Positions 27,932 to 39,647 of a stretch of DNA of 64,000 nt are shown here, piece by piece; position 1 is the first letter of the stretch; the number at the start of each line of letters is the position of its first letter. The stretch is from Felis catus (Eukaryota), in assembly GCF_018350175.1 (NCBI RefSeq), contig NC_058368.1, positions 18,974,001-19,038,000 on the forward strand. Direction: 5' to 3'. The position numbers and the translations under genes were made by a program. The notes beneath the pieces were generated by a model. The model did no database searches. It was not told where the DNA came from and saw nothing but the letters and a program-made list of their open reading frames with translations.

Positions 27932-29857
27932 ATAGGAGAGGGGCAGGGAGAAAGAGGGAGACAGGGAATCCCAAGCAGGCTCTGCACTATCAGCATAGTG
28001 CCTGACCCAGGGCTTGATCTCACAAACCATGAGATCAAGACCTGAGCAGAAAGCAAGCGTCGGATGCTTAACCAGCTGAGCCACCCAGGTGCCCCAATTC
28101 CCTTCAAACTAACTGGCTGGCTCAGTTGTTTAAGCATGTGACTCTTGATTTAGGCTCAGGTCATGATCTCATGGCTCATGAGTTTGAGCCCTGCATCGGG
28201 CTCTGCGTCGACTGTGCAGAACCTGCTCGGGATTCTCTCTCTCCCCTTCCTCCCCTGCTTGTGCACTCCATCTCTCAAAATAAATAAATAAACTTAAAAC
28301 AACTTAAAAAAATTACTATTGAAGTGTAGTTGACATACGGTGTTATACTAGTTTCAGAGGTACAACACAGTGATTTGACAATGCTATGCCTCACACAACA
28401 CTCAAGTGTTGTCACCGTCTGTCACCATACAACGTTATTACAACATTATTGACTCTATTCCCTATGCTGTACTTTTCATCTCTGTGGCTTATTTACCTGA
28501 TAACTGGAAGTTTGCACTTCTCAATCTATTCCTCCCACCCCTCCCTGCAATCTTTTGGCGACCCACATGATTTTGTGAGGGGAAGGACAGGCATCTCGAC
28601 AAGCACCCTGCACTCTCCCTGCACCTCTCAGTTTGTCTAGGACTAATGACAAACATGTCCCTGCCACCCAATCCATTTCTCCCCTGGTTCAGACTGTGAC
28701 AGTGGAGCCTGGACAAGGACAGCTGGGCTGATGTGTGAGAAGGCAGTGGGTCGTGCCACCTCTCGGTCAACTCTATGAGGAGTGGTGCTATTCACTCATC
28801 ATGGCTCTGTCTAGAAGGCACGAGGTTTAGCACCTCTTCTTAGAGTCTTAGCAGCAGTTTAGGACAAGAGGAATCAGCCTTCTCTTACACTTCCTGACGT
28901 TAAATCACAAGTGTAATTTGTAACAATATATTAAGTGATCAGTTGATACAACATCCCTGGCACTATAATATAAAGACTTCTTTTTTTTTTTTTTAATTTT
29001 TTTTAAAGACTTCTTTTTTTTAAAAAAAGTTTATTTACTTGTTTTTGAGACAGAGAGAGAGAAAGGCAGAGAGAATCCCAAGCTGGCTCCGCACTAAACC
29101 ACCCAGGTGCTCCTAAAGATTTCCTTTTTTAAGGGGCACCTGGGTGGTTCAGTCGGTTAAGCATCTGACTCCTGATTTCGGCTCAGGTCATGATCTAACT
29201 GGGAGATCGAGCCCCACGTTGGGCTCTTTGCTGACAGCACAGAACCTGCTTGGCATTCTCTCTCTCCCTCTCTCTCCCACTCTCTCTCTTTTTCTCAAAA
29301 GTAAATAAGTAAACATTAAAAAAAGATTATTGTTCATTCTGGCTCTCGAGCCATATTTTATTATTACTATTTTCAAAAATGGTTATGATCTGACATCTAA
29401 ATGAAAGTATCAGTGAAGAATGTGTAGGTGCCTCTAAGAGTTAGTAACTACATACTTCCCATGTCTAAAACAAATTAGCCTATAGAAAAGTATCCATTGC
29501 AGATAGGCCCATTTGTGGGGAAAGAAGATCCCAGATACTTACAATGTTCATAGTATGGTAAATTGTATGACAGTGATGCAATCCAACAAATTTATTGCAA
29601 CGATTCATTTTGACGAGAGTGCCTTAAAACCCACCATGGGCAAAGCCCAGGCCAAGTGAGGAATAAGTCAGTTCTTGTGCCTTAGCAGGGGACACTAAGT
29701 AGATTCCACTACAGGGGGCCTCAGGGCTCAGCAGGTGGCTCCTCCCACCCATCCGGCTGAATCTTCCAGCACCTCTCAGAGCCAGACTGCTGCAATTCTC
29801 CAAATGAGTTGTGTTGCTTCCTGCTTTGCTGCCTTTGCACACGCAGTCTCCTCTGTT

Positions 29858-29859
<2 letters not shown>

Positions 29860-29904
<45 letters not shown>
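29860..29904. repeat. (CA)n microsatellite
   Basis: Directly visible. Similar tracts at ~7106-7137, 42866-42934, 47349-47391, 52174-52228 and 57069-57121. Confidence 0.95.
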
Positions 29905-29905
<1 letters not shown>

Positions 29906-29929
29906 CCAACAAGCCCCAACTGGAATCAT

Positions 29930-30281
29930 TTGCCCCCCAGGACAGCAAACTCAGACTTAATCACAGTCTCAGCTTATCCCAGGAATGTGACCTTTCAACG
30001 GTCAATATGAAATTTCCTAATCAGCACTAGCAAGGTGATGTCTCCATGTTAAACCCTACTGTTCCATTTCCCCATAGAAGAAGATTACCTGGGCTGAAAC
30101 AATCCTTTCTTTTCTTTTGCAAGTAACTTCTTGCGACACCTTTCTTCCTATAGAAACCTTCCATTTTGCACAATTCCTCGGAACTCTCCTCTGCTTGCCA
30201 GATGGAATGCTGCCTGATTCGTGAATTACTTAAAGCCAATTAGATCTTCAGATTCACTTGGTTGAATTTCGTTTTGTAACA
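29930..30281 (+). mobile_element. LTR fragment (ERV1-like)
   Basis: LTR-like 3' end GCTGCCTGATTCGTGAAT...TTTTGTAACA. Confidence 0.45.
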
Positions 30282-30352
30282 CCTCTGATGGGAATGCTCA
30301 GCCTGTCTGAAGTGGACATGTGTCATGTTCTCTGGCTGCTTGGCATTGTTTA

Positions 30353-30766
30353 TTTTTATTTTTTAATATAATTTATCGTCAAATTGGCTAACATGCAGTG
30401 TGTACAGTGTGCTCTTGGCTTTGGGAGTAGATTCCCATGATTCATTGCTTACAACACCCAGTGCTCATCCCAACAAGTGTCCTCCTCAATGCCCATCACC
30501 CATTTTCCCCTGTGCCCCACCCCCCCATCCACCCTCAGTTGGTTCTCTGTATTTAAGAGTCTCTTATGGTTTGCCTCTCTTCCTCTCTTGTTTGCAACTA
30601 TTTTTTTCCCCTTCCCTTCCCCCCATGGTCTTCTGTTAAGTTTCTCAAGATCCACATGAGTGAAAACATATGATATCTGCCCTTCTCTGACTCATTTCAC
30701 TCAGCATAATACCCTCCAGTTCCATCCACGTTGCTGCAAATGGCAGGATTTCATTCTTTCTCATTT
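30353..30766 (-). mobile_element. L1 3' fragment
   Basis: Carnivore L1 3'UTR flanked by the direct repeat GCTTGGCATTG. Confidence 0.85.
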
Positions 30767-32302
30767 GCTTGGCATTGCTTTAAAGCCCTGCCTACATTCA
30801 GGGAGTTTCCTACCAAGTGACTCCTTCCTCTTCAAGACAAGCCAGAAGTCTCGCGTTCCCGGCCCCCTTTGCAGATCCGGGTACAGGCACGGGACTCAGG
30901 TTCCATCCATCAGCTGCATCTACGTGGTTTATCAATTTGGAAATGAGCTAGACAAGGCGATGGACATGGTCTGGCAGTGACCTGTCAGGCAAAGCTGGCG
31001 GCAAAGGTGCCCAGCAATAGTTCCCACGCAGAGGCCCTGGCACAAAAGGGACAGTGGTACAGACTACAACATCTAGAAGCTCTGAAGGAGGTGCACCGTG
31101 GTTTCCACGGCGGAACACTTCTGCAGTGTGTTCTGGGATTTGTTTCAAGAAGTTCTTCAGGGTACTCCATCTTCTCATCCAGCGATGGTGAAAGTCACCC
31201 AGCATCCTTTTTTTTCGTTTTTGTCTTTTTTTTTTTTTTTTTGAGAGAGAGTACATGTGCATACGTGTGCAAGTGGGGGAAGGGCAGAGAGAGAGGGAGA
31301 CAGGATCCGAAGTACGCTGACAGCAGAGAGCTCAATGTGGGGCTCAAACTCACCCAACTGTGAGATCATGACCTGAGCCAAAGTCCCACGCTCACCCAGG
31401 CGCCCCCACCCAGTATCCTTTTAATAAATTGTTCCTGTGCTCCAGAGCTGGCTTCTGTTGATGGCAACTAAGAGTTCCGAGTGACATATCAACAGGCTTT
31501 CCTCCTAAGGGGCCATTTGTCTTTCAAAACCCACCCTGACATGGGGGGCTCCTGGGGGCCTCCCCGGAAACCCTCTTTTCCATCATTTATTCCCTTCTCT
31601 GGGATGCCGTGCTACCCACACCCCTCTCGCTGCATATCCTCCCCAAATTCTAATTATTTGTTCCTTCCTCCTCTCCTCGGATGGAGGTTTCTCTGAGGCT
31701 AGCAATTGTCTCTTTAATTTCTGTATTTCCAGCACTTAGTGTGGGTTGACACAGAGCCAATCAGTGCTAAATGAACATTTGTTACTGATAGGAAGCAGTG
31801 AACGGATTTGTTTGGGAGAACTAGGGATCGTGAAAAGGCTTTTGAGGTGCCTGTGTCTAGTACAGGTCTTGGTAAATAGCAGAGGGGTTTCAACAGGTAG
31901 ACATTGTTGGGACTCTCCAGCTGCAGCCCATGGGAACATACAGTGTGCTCTTTAAAAATTATTATATCCCTAAGCAGTTCCCCATATGCTTACTATACTT
32001 TGGGGGACATTCCTGATTACCTAACAGAAATCTGCCCCCCCTTCCCACCTGGGTCTGCAGTGATGATGTTTTAGGCAAGGTGGGCCTCTCACACAGTCCC
32101 AAGTGGGTAAGTCATCATTGGTCAAAAAAAGGGGTCGACAAACCAAAGCCTGCTAGCCAGATCTGGCCTGCCATTTCTTTTTGTATGGCCCGAACCATAC
32201 AAAATGTTTTTTAAAGTTTTAAAGTTGAAAAAAATCAAAATAAAATAATATTTTGTGACAGGTAAAATTACATGAAATTCAAATTTCAATGCTCATAAAG
32301 TT

Positions 32303-32714
32303 CTTCTCTGACTTATTTGGCTTAGCATGGTATACTGTAGCTGTATCCACATCATCGCAAATGGCAAGATCTCATTCTTTTCGATGGCTGAGTAATATTC
32401 CATTGTATAGATATACCACTTCTTTATCCATTCATCAGTCGATGGACATTTAGGCTCTTTCCATAGTTTGCCTATTGATAGTGCCGCTATAAACACCAAG
32501 GTGCCTGTAGCCCCTTCGAATCTCTCTTTTTGTATCCTTCGGGTAAATAACGAGTGGTGCAATTGCTGAGTATTAGGAGGTCACTTGTTGTGATGAGCAC
32601 TGGATGTTGTACGTAAGTGATGAACCACTAAATTCTGCTCCTGAAGCCAATAGTGCACTGTATGTTAACTAGAATTTAAATAAAGATTGGAAAAGAAAAA
32701 TAAAAACTTAAAAA
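32303..32714. mobile_element. 5'-inverted L1 fragment inside a hAT/MER58-like DNA transposon remnant (~32130-32885)
   Basis: 32303-32575 is antisense L1 and 32576-32714 is a sense L1 3' end with an A tail. Short AAAGTT repeat at the ends. Confidence 0.75.
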
Positions 32715-35700
32715 AAGTTTTATTGGAACACAACCTACTTACCTCTTTACCATGTCTATGGCTGCTTTTGTTTACAACAGCAGAGTTGAATAGATGTGAC
32801 AGGGATTGCATGCCCTGCAAAATACTTACTGAAATATTTACCAGCTGGTTGGTCCTTTTCAGAAGTTTGCTTGCTGACCCCTGTTCTAAACCAAATATGG
32901 TAACTCCATTCTCTTCCCAGTGTTTATGTTTGGGCAAGCATGAGACTCAGTTCTGGGCTAATACAAGGGGAAGCTTAACAGGGGAACTCCGGGAAGGATT
33001 TTTTTGTGTGATAAAAAGGATATGGAGAAGGCTTCCTTCCTGCCCTTGTGTGTTGCATGTGAAGGTGTAATAGAGCTATGGCAGCCACTTTGTGATCATG
33101 AGGGAAAAGTCAAGAGAATCACAGAGAAGCTGACCGAGATACTTTTGAGCTATTAAATTAACCAACTCTGGAACTTCCTATTTCTAGACTTCTTTTTATA
33201 TGCAAAATAAATATATTAATAGTAGTTGGGCGTCTTTTACTTGTGGCCAAATATACCCTAAAACATATGATTTAAGAAAATTATTGTTTAAATTATGTCA
33301 TAGTATTTCCTCTTATTGATGATCCATTGAATCGTATCCATTTATGGGCATTTATCCTAAGTCTTTGCTATTATAAATTATGTTTTTAAAAATATTTATG
33401 TGACAAATTCAAATCTAAGACTCGTGAAATATACATCTCAGGTGATTTTCTTCCTTCCTTTCTTTCTTTCTTTGCTTGCTTATACCCTTAAAAGCTGTCA
33501 AGGAAAAGACAAAAGAAATTCCCCCACCCTTAAAATATTGTCTTAACAAAATCTTTCATGGGATACAAAATACCCTCTTATTCCACATAGATGAAAAAAT
33601 CCAAATCTATGTTTTTTGCAAATACAAACTCTACTTGATTCCAAAAAAGATTTGAGAGAGTCTTCAGTAAATGTTACATCAGCAGCCAACAATATTCAAT
33701 GGGATTTGTGTAATGGGAGTTGTGTAATCAAAGCATTTTTTCTTCATTCTCATTAATTAAAAGTACCCTTGAATCAGAGATGATTTACATTTTTGAATTA
33801 TTTGCAACTGCAATTAACACTTTGCTCAAACACATCTACATGGTATTAGGGCCAAAACGCTTTAAATAATCAAATTATTTCTCCTTTTGGTATCATTAAC
33901 TAGTGCATTGTGAAATACTGTTGAAATAGCAAAGTCTCCCTTCTCCACGTTAGCCACTCTGTCCCCTCACCTCTGGCCTGCGTTACACCTGCCCCCTCAG
34001 CACACTGTCAGCTGCACTAATGCCCCTGGATTACACAATCCCAAGTGCAGCAAACAACCACCGGAGCAAAGGGGTCAGTGCACCGACTTGCTTGTTGTTT
34101 GGAACCCAGATCTGAGATGCCACTGGGTGAACCTACCTGTATTGACAGCAGGGATGCAAGAATCTAAAGTCCTTGTTCTCAAGAGGCCATCGGATTCCTG
34201 GGGAATTACCCTCAGAACAAAGTTCGCGCGGTCACTTTCATGATTTAATGCCAAGCAGGTGATTTTTTTCCAATCAGTTCTCTCTTAGCTTCTGTGAGCT
34301 GTTAAGCTTTTCAACACCTTGTAATTGTGCCTCTAGTCCTAAAGCAAAGATAACAGAAGGAGCCACTCCTGTGAGGGATTTTCAGCTGCGGAGGTGATTT
34401 TATACACTATCATGCAGGGAGACTTATTTCAGGAGAAACAACTGGTTCCTGAAACCCTCTGGCTTTTAAGAGGAAGCCTTCTGGGAGGTATTACTGTGGA
34501 GGGTCACAGTTACGAACATCAACTTCAGATTGGACAGAACTTTGTGGAGTCCCAGCGCTTTCATTAGTGCCTATATAAATTTGGGCAAGTGTTGAGCCTC
34601 AGTTTCCTTCACGAGCATCCTTGGTGCCAGCCACGGGGTAAGGCACCAGGATACAGCAAGGAAGACAACAGGGCAGAGGCTATCGGATGAGAGTTTGTGC
34701 AAAAAAGGTAACTTCGTAAGTTAGGGGTTAAAATGCGGCACAAATGTTTCCTGGTTATTTCTCTTAAATTCACGGGAATAAGTGGAAGCTAAGGTTGTTG
34801 AGGAGAGGTGAGGGAGAGAAGAAATGTAGCAGGAGTGAGGAGAGCCTGGAATAGCCTTTGAGAGACTAGAAGAAGGGGCTCAAGGGAGACAGGACAAAGC
34901 ATGAGACTGGCTGGGCGCTCAGCAAGGGTGCATGCGGTGAGCCGGAGAAGCCTCTGCCCTCGCGGTGGATTGCCCCAGCAGGCTCCCAAAGCAGCAGTGG
35001 CCCACGTGGTGGACTGTTCCTCCAGGATCACAGAGATCAGAGGCCGTGACGCCGTCCCGTGAAGGCTGGGGTCTGAAAAGGTTAAATGGCTCATTAAAAG
35101 TCATACAGATTTTTACCCAAGTATGCTGGCTCCAAGTTCAGTGCTTTTTCCAATCTGTAACTGCGGATCTGGATCTGCCCTTAATTAGGGTTCCTTTGGA
35201 CCTCATTCTAGTTTGCAAAAGCCACTGGACCAGGGGATACTGAAAGTCCCTTAGTCCTATGGGGCGTTCTAACTGTAGGTTCTGCTCCTTAGTCTGCTTC
35301 CCACCAGTTACGTCACAAGCCACTTTGGACAAGTATTTCAAACTCCCTGGCTTGTTTCTATAATTGCATTCTGTTTCAGAAGTTTGACTTCTAAAGTGCT
35401 GATTCTGTGAAAAGTCAGTTTTGTGCTGTTTTGAGGAGTGCCCCCATTGATCAGGGGTCTGGTACCTTCATGGCACCACCTACCAAAGGAAGGTCTAGTC
35501 CCTCCTGCATTCACCTTAAGCACTAACACAAGTCACGTGGAATATTTGAGTCCCTGCCTCCTGCCTCCATCACTTTAACTTACATTGGCATTAGCCACAT
35601 GCCGCATCCAAACAGGGCAAACATAGATTGTAAAAGAAAAAGATAGCATGGTTTAAGGAAGAAAACAGTGTAGAAAATGAGAATAAACGCATGAAGGCTG

Positions 35701-36395
35701 AACCAAAGGAATCAGAAGGCTATGACCGAGTTACACTGAGCAGCTGGAAGCAACGCTAGACCAAGCTGTTTCCAATTGAGTAGGTGTTGGCTCTTTGGTT
35801 TAGGACACTAGGGAAAATTCCTTTACTCCCAGTATAAAAGATTCCTTGAATAGTGCTTTTTCATAAAATGTCGGAGAGCCATAGAAATAGCCTATAATTC
35901 ATTAGAACTAAAAGATCAGAGAGGCCGACTGACAGCTAGCTTTCATCGGTGGGTGTACTTTCTCCAATGTCATTGGTGAAAATGGAATTCCGTGCGGTAG
36001 GCAGAATGGGAAAAATTGTGTGTGTGTGTGTTTATGGCAGTAAACGAATGTGTTTTTATCACTACAGTTTCCAGTACTTTTGTACTCAATTATAGTTTTT
36101 TTTTTTATTTATTTTTCAATTATAGTTTAAAATTGAGGCCTTGAGTCCCACCAAGGTAACCCAGCCTAAAGACTCAGTGGGTCCTCCTAACTCCTGACAC
36201 CCCCAGCCCCCGCCCCGAGGTCTAACTGGGGTCTTGCCTCTCACGAGGGCCCCGGGAACCTGGAAGAAGAAAGGCAACCGGGACTCCGGGACCTCTGCCC
36301 GCCCGCCCGCTCCCGCGCTCCCGGCGCCGGAGACCCGCGAGCTGCGCGGCCCGAGCGCGCCCGCCTCCGCCGCGGACTTCCGCTTCCCCCGCCCC

Positions 36396-36431
<36 letters not shown>
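36396..36431 (+). repeat. (CCG)12 trinucleotide repeat
   Basis: Twelve uninterrupted CCG units counted. Confidence 0.95.
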
Positions 36432-36432
<1 letters not shown>

Positions 36433-36519
36433 GGCGCTCCTGGGCCCGCGGGGTCGCCGCCCCGTGTGCTCCCGCGCGGGAGGGCGGGGCGGAGGGCCGG
36501 CCTGTGGCCGCCGCGAGTG

Positions 36520-36601
36520 TTAAGCGGCCGCCCCGAGCCGCGGAGGCAGAGCCGGGAGCCAGCGGCGGAGCCCGAGCACAACGCGGCCAGCCGGCGCGGC
36601 G
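36520..36601 (+). other. SLC25A15: Probable non-coding exon 1 of SLC25A15 (start approximate)
   Basis: Strong donor GCG|GTGAGC at 36602 inside the CpG island. Exon 2 starts with a splice acceptor upstream of the ATG, so an upstream exon is required. Confidence 0.65.
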
Positions 36602-39592
36602 GTGAGCGCAGCCCCGGCCGGCGCTCCGGGCTGCAGGGAGCCCGCGGGGAGGAGGGAGCGGGACGCGGGCGGGCCTCCACGCCCGGGCGGCGTGACCTTC
36701 CCCGGCAGCCGGGCAGGGCTCAGGGGTCCGCGGCCCGGCGCGCCGCACACGTGCCCAGGGACCCGGGCTCGCCGGAGACTCGCGGGCTCCGCGGCCTCCT
36801 CTCCGCGGTGCTCACCTGCTGGGAACGTTGCCCTCTTTGCTCCCTCCGAGTGCCATCAGGCCTCCGGGCGCCGCGCCGCCGGTGCTCCAGCCCGGGGTGG
36901 GGGTTGGGGTGGGGGACGGAGGCGCTTATGAATGGGAGACTCCTGCAGGTTGTTGGGGGCAGAGTCAGCGAACGCTGAAGCTGGGAAGAGAAAGTTGGGA
37001 GCGGTCTCCCTGAGCTGCCCCTGTGCCCGCCAGGACCCCGAGCCCCGGAGCAGGAGCGCCTGCCTGGCCGGCGTCCCAGCGGCCAGACGGGTGGGCATCG
37101 CAGCGCCTGGTGCCCCGGCTCTAGTGACCTGGCGGGCGGGCGGCCTCCTCCCGCGCCAGCTTTGGCCTGAGGCTGGAGTCTTTCGTCAGTGCGCGGAGTT
37201 ACCTGGCGGAGAACGCGACCTCAGAGGATTCTCCCGACCGAGAAATTAATTTCCCCAGGGAACGAGAGAAGGCCTGTTTGGCTCTGTGGTTTGTCTCTCT
37301 TGGAGTCGGACACGCGTGTCCTTTGCAGGAGGGGTAAAGGGACGCTGAAAGGATTCAGCTTTTCAACAGGCTCAGGAATGAGTTTTAACTCCTGCTGACC
37401 AGTCTTGCCTCCCTCGGGGCGAGCCGTATGTCCTCTTCAAGACTTCTTGAAGCCTTCTTAAATTACACAATAATTTAAGTCCGTTGCCCACGCGTTCTGA
37501 GTTGGTCTGTTCCCACCACTGTTTAGTGTCCTAATCTAGAAGTCGTTATTTGTAGGATTCAATGTGTTTAAGTTTGGCTTACCTGCAGGGGTTGAATTCA
37601 CACTGACGACACAGTACGGTCTATGCCTGCCTTTCTTTGTGAATTAAGAAATGTCCACACCCAAATAATTGACCACTCTGAGAAGCCACATTGGTTGGGC
37701 CCTGTGTGACTCTTCTCTCTGTGTGCTGCCATTTTTCCTCCAAAACGCAAGGTTCAGTGTTTATTTTTTTCCTTTTTGGTCAGGTTGGAATACTGTGGAA
37801 TTAAATACTGGTTGGTAAGCACAGACCCAAAAGGCAAGACTTGAGTCCACTGACTACTTATAAAACCTTGGAAAAGCCCTTGCTTACTGGCCTCAGTTTT
37901 CCATCTGGAAAAGGGGGAGATTGGATTAGGACCCTGATATCCTTCTCGAGGTACCGGATGGCCACCACCTTATCAGCTTTATTTTTTCCTTAACTAATCC
38001 CTATGCCTAATGTGGGGCTTGAACTCAAGACCCTGAGATCAAGAGTCCCCTGCTCCAGAGACTGAGCCAGCCAGGCTCCTCCCACCTCATAAGCTTTAGT
38101 TATTGATCCTGCCTCTCCAGTCCTATCAACACAAAACCCAGGTCTTGTCTAACTTAGTTGCTTTTTCAAGTCCAGTACTGTGCTTTTGTGGTTGCAGTTT
38201 TTGGTAAAGAAATCGAGATTCTTAGTGTCTGGTCATTGGCAACATGCTTCAAGTGGCTAAACTTGTGAGTGGATAAAATTCTTTTCTGCTGATGTTTAGG
38301 CTGACATTGGCCTTCATTAATGATCCAGCCGGCCCACCACCCTCTGAGAGGTGGCCTGATGAGCACAAAGGTCTTTAGTGTGATGAATAAAAATTGTTCT
38401 TTGTTATTCACAGATAAGTCACTTACATAGCTTGAAAACCACACAGAATTGGTTGCTGAATTGGTTATCTTAATATTCTGTCAATGAGCCACCTTTCCTT
38501 TTTTTAATCCATATTTATAAAGTCCCTCCCTCTGCAATAGGTCATTTTTGTGTAAAGGCAGAGGAGTAAACTCGAGTCCTCCCAAACTTCTTGGGATCTA
38601 GCACAAGCCTGCTGAATCATGATCATTAGCACAGAGGCCTGGGTAACTGAATATTAAGTGCCCCAGTGATTCTTATCAAGCAAATTGAGCACACAATTGA
38701 CCAGGTGTTACTTTTCAAAATGTGGTTGGGGGCTCAGTCATTATCAGCCTCATCTCGCAGCTCATCATGACTGGTAAGGTTTCTGGTCCCACGTGAGGCC
38801 TATCTCATCAGAATCTAGTTTCACGAGGTCCCCAGGTGATTTGTGTATACATTTATGGTTGAGAAACTCTGGAAGGGACTATGATGATCATGTTTGGTGC
38901 TATGCTTCATAGCTCTAAGAACACCTGTCCCATGTCACTATTTGTGATTGCCTTTGTATTATAATACTTCTATTACTCACTTTTTATATGTGGGGACCCC
39001 TAGCTTTAGGGGCCCAAGGGGCCACACTGCTGGTGGCAGAGCAGGCGTTCAGACCCAGGCATGTGTCACCCTGCGGTGCTCCTAACCCATTCCTTTACAG
39101 ACCTACCGTTTCGTGACTTCCTTTTAGGGACCCAAAACAGGCTGCTGTCTGAATTTAGAGCTGAGCCTAGTGGACTGACGGCTCCACTTAGGGCTCTGAA
39201 AAACTAGTTCGATGTGGCTTGGGTGTCTGTGGTATTTGGCATTAATTTGTAGGCTTTTCAGAAAGGTCAGTTGAAATGCCCCTCCCCCCACCCCTCCCAC
39301 CAGTGGCTATAGCATTGATACTCCATTTTTTGACTTGTGAGTTTTTTATGAGGAGGTGGTGGGTGGGGAGAACGGGAGGCCAATTTCTAAGCTGCACTGA
39401 CACTTTTGGCTGCCTTTCTTTGGAGAAATGTAGAGCCAATCTCCTGGCTCCCAGAAGTTGAGGTCCCAGTAGATGGTGAGCTGCGGAGGCCCCACTGATG
39501 GAGAGTTCTTGTCTCCTCTCAGGGATATGAGACATCCATCATAAGCTCCAGAGAGTTGCCTTCTACGGAGCCCAGCAGAGGAGTGGGCAAAC

Positions 39593-39647
39593 ATGAAGAC
39601 CAGTCCTGCCATCCAAGCTGCCATTGACCTTACAGCGGGGGCCGCAG
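39593..39647 (+). CDS. SLC25A15: Mitochondrial ornithine transporter 1, first coding exon (exon spans 39523-39647)
   Basis: ATG..GCAG|GTAATT encodes MKTSPAIQAAIDLTAGAA (recalled human MKSNPAIQAAIDLTAGAA), 55 coding nt. Acceptor CTCCTCTCAG|G at 39522/39523. Confidence 0.95.

Larger units (their letters stand above)
36200..37330 (+). promoter_or_regulatory. CpG island / SLC25A15 promoter
   Basis: Very high GC and CpG density. ETS motifs ACTTCCGCTTCC (~36375-36386), GC box GGGCGGGGC (36482-36490) and a (CCG)12 tract. Confidence 0.9.

Noticed and set aside
36116..37249. Long ORFs (up to 210 aa) on both strands in the CpG island
   Set aside because: Arg/Gly/Pro/Ala-rich products expected from stop-poor GC-rich DNA, with no recognisable domain.
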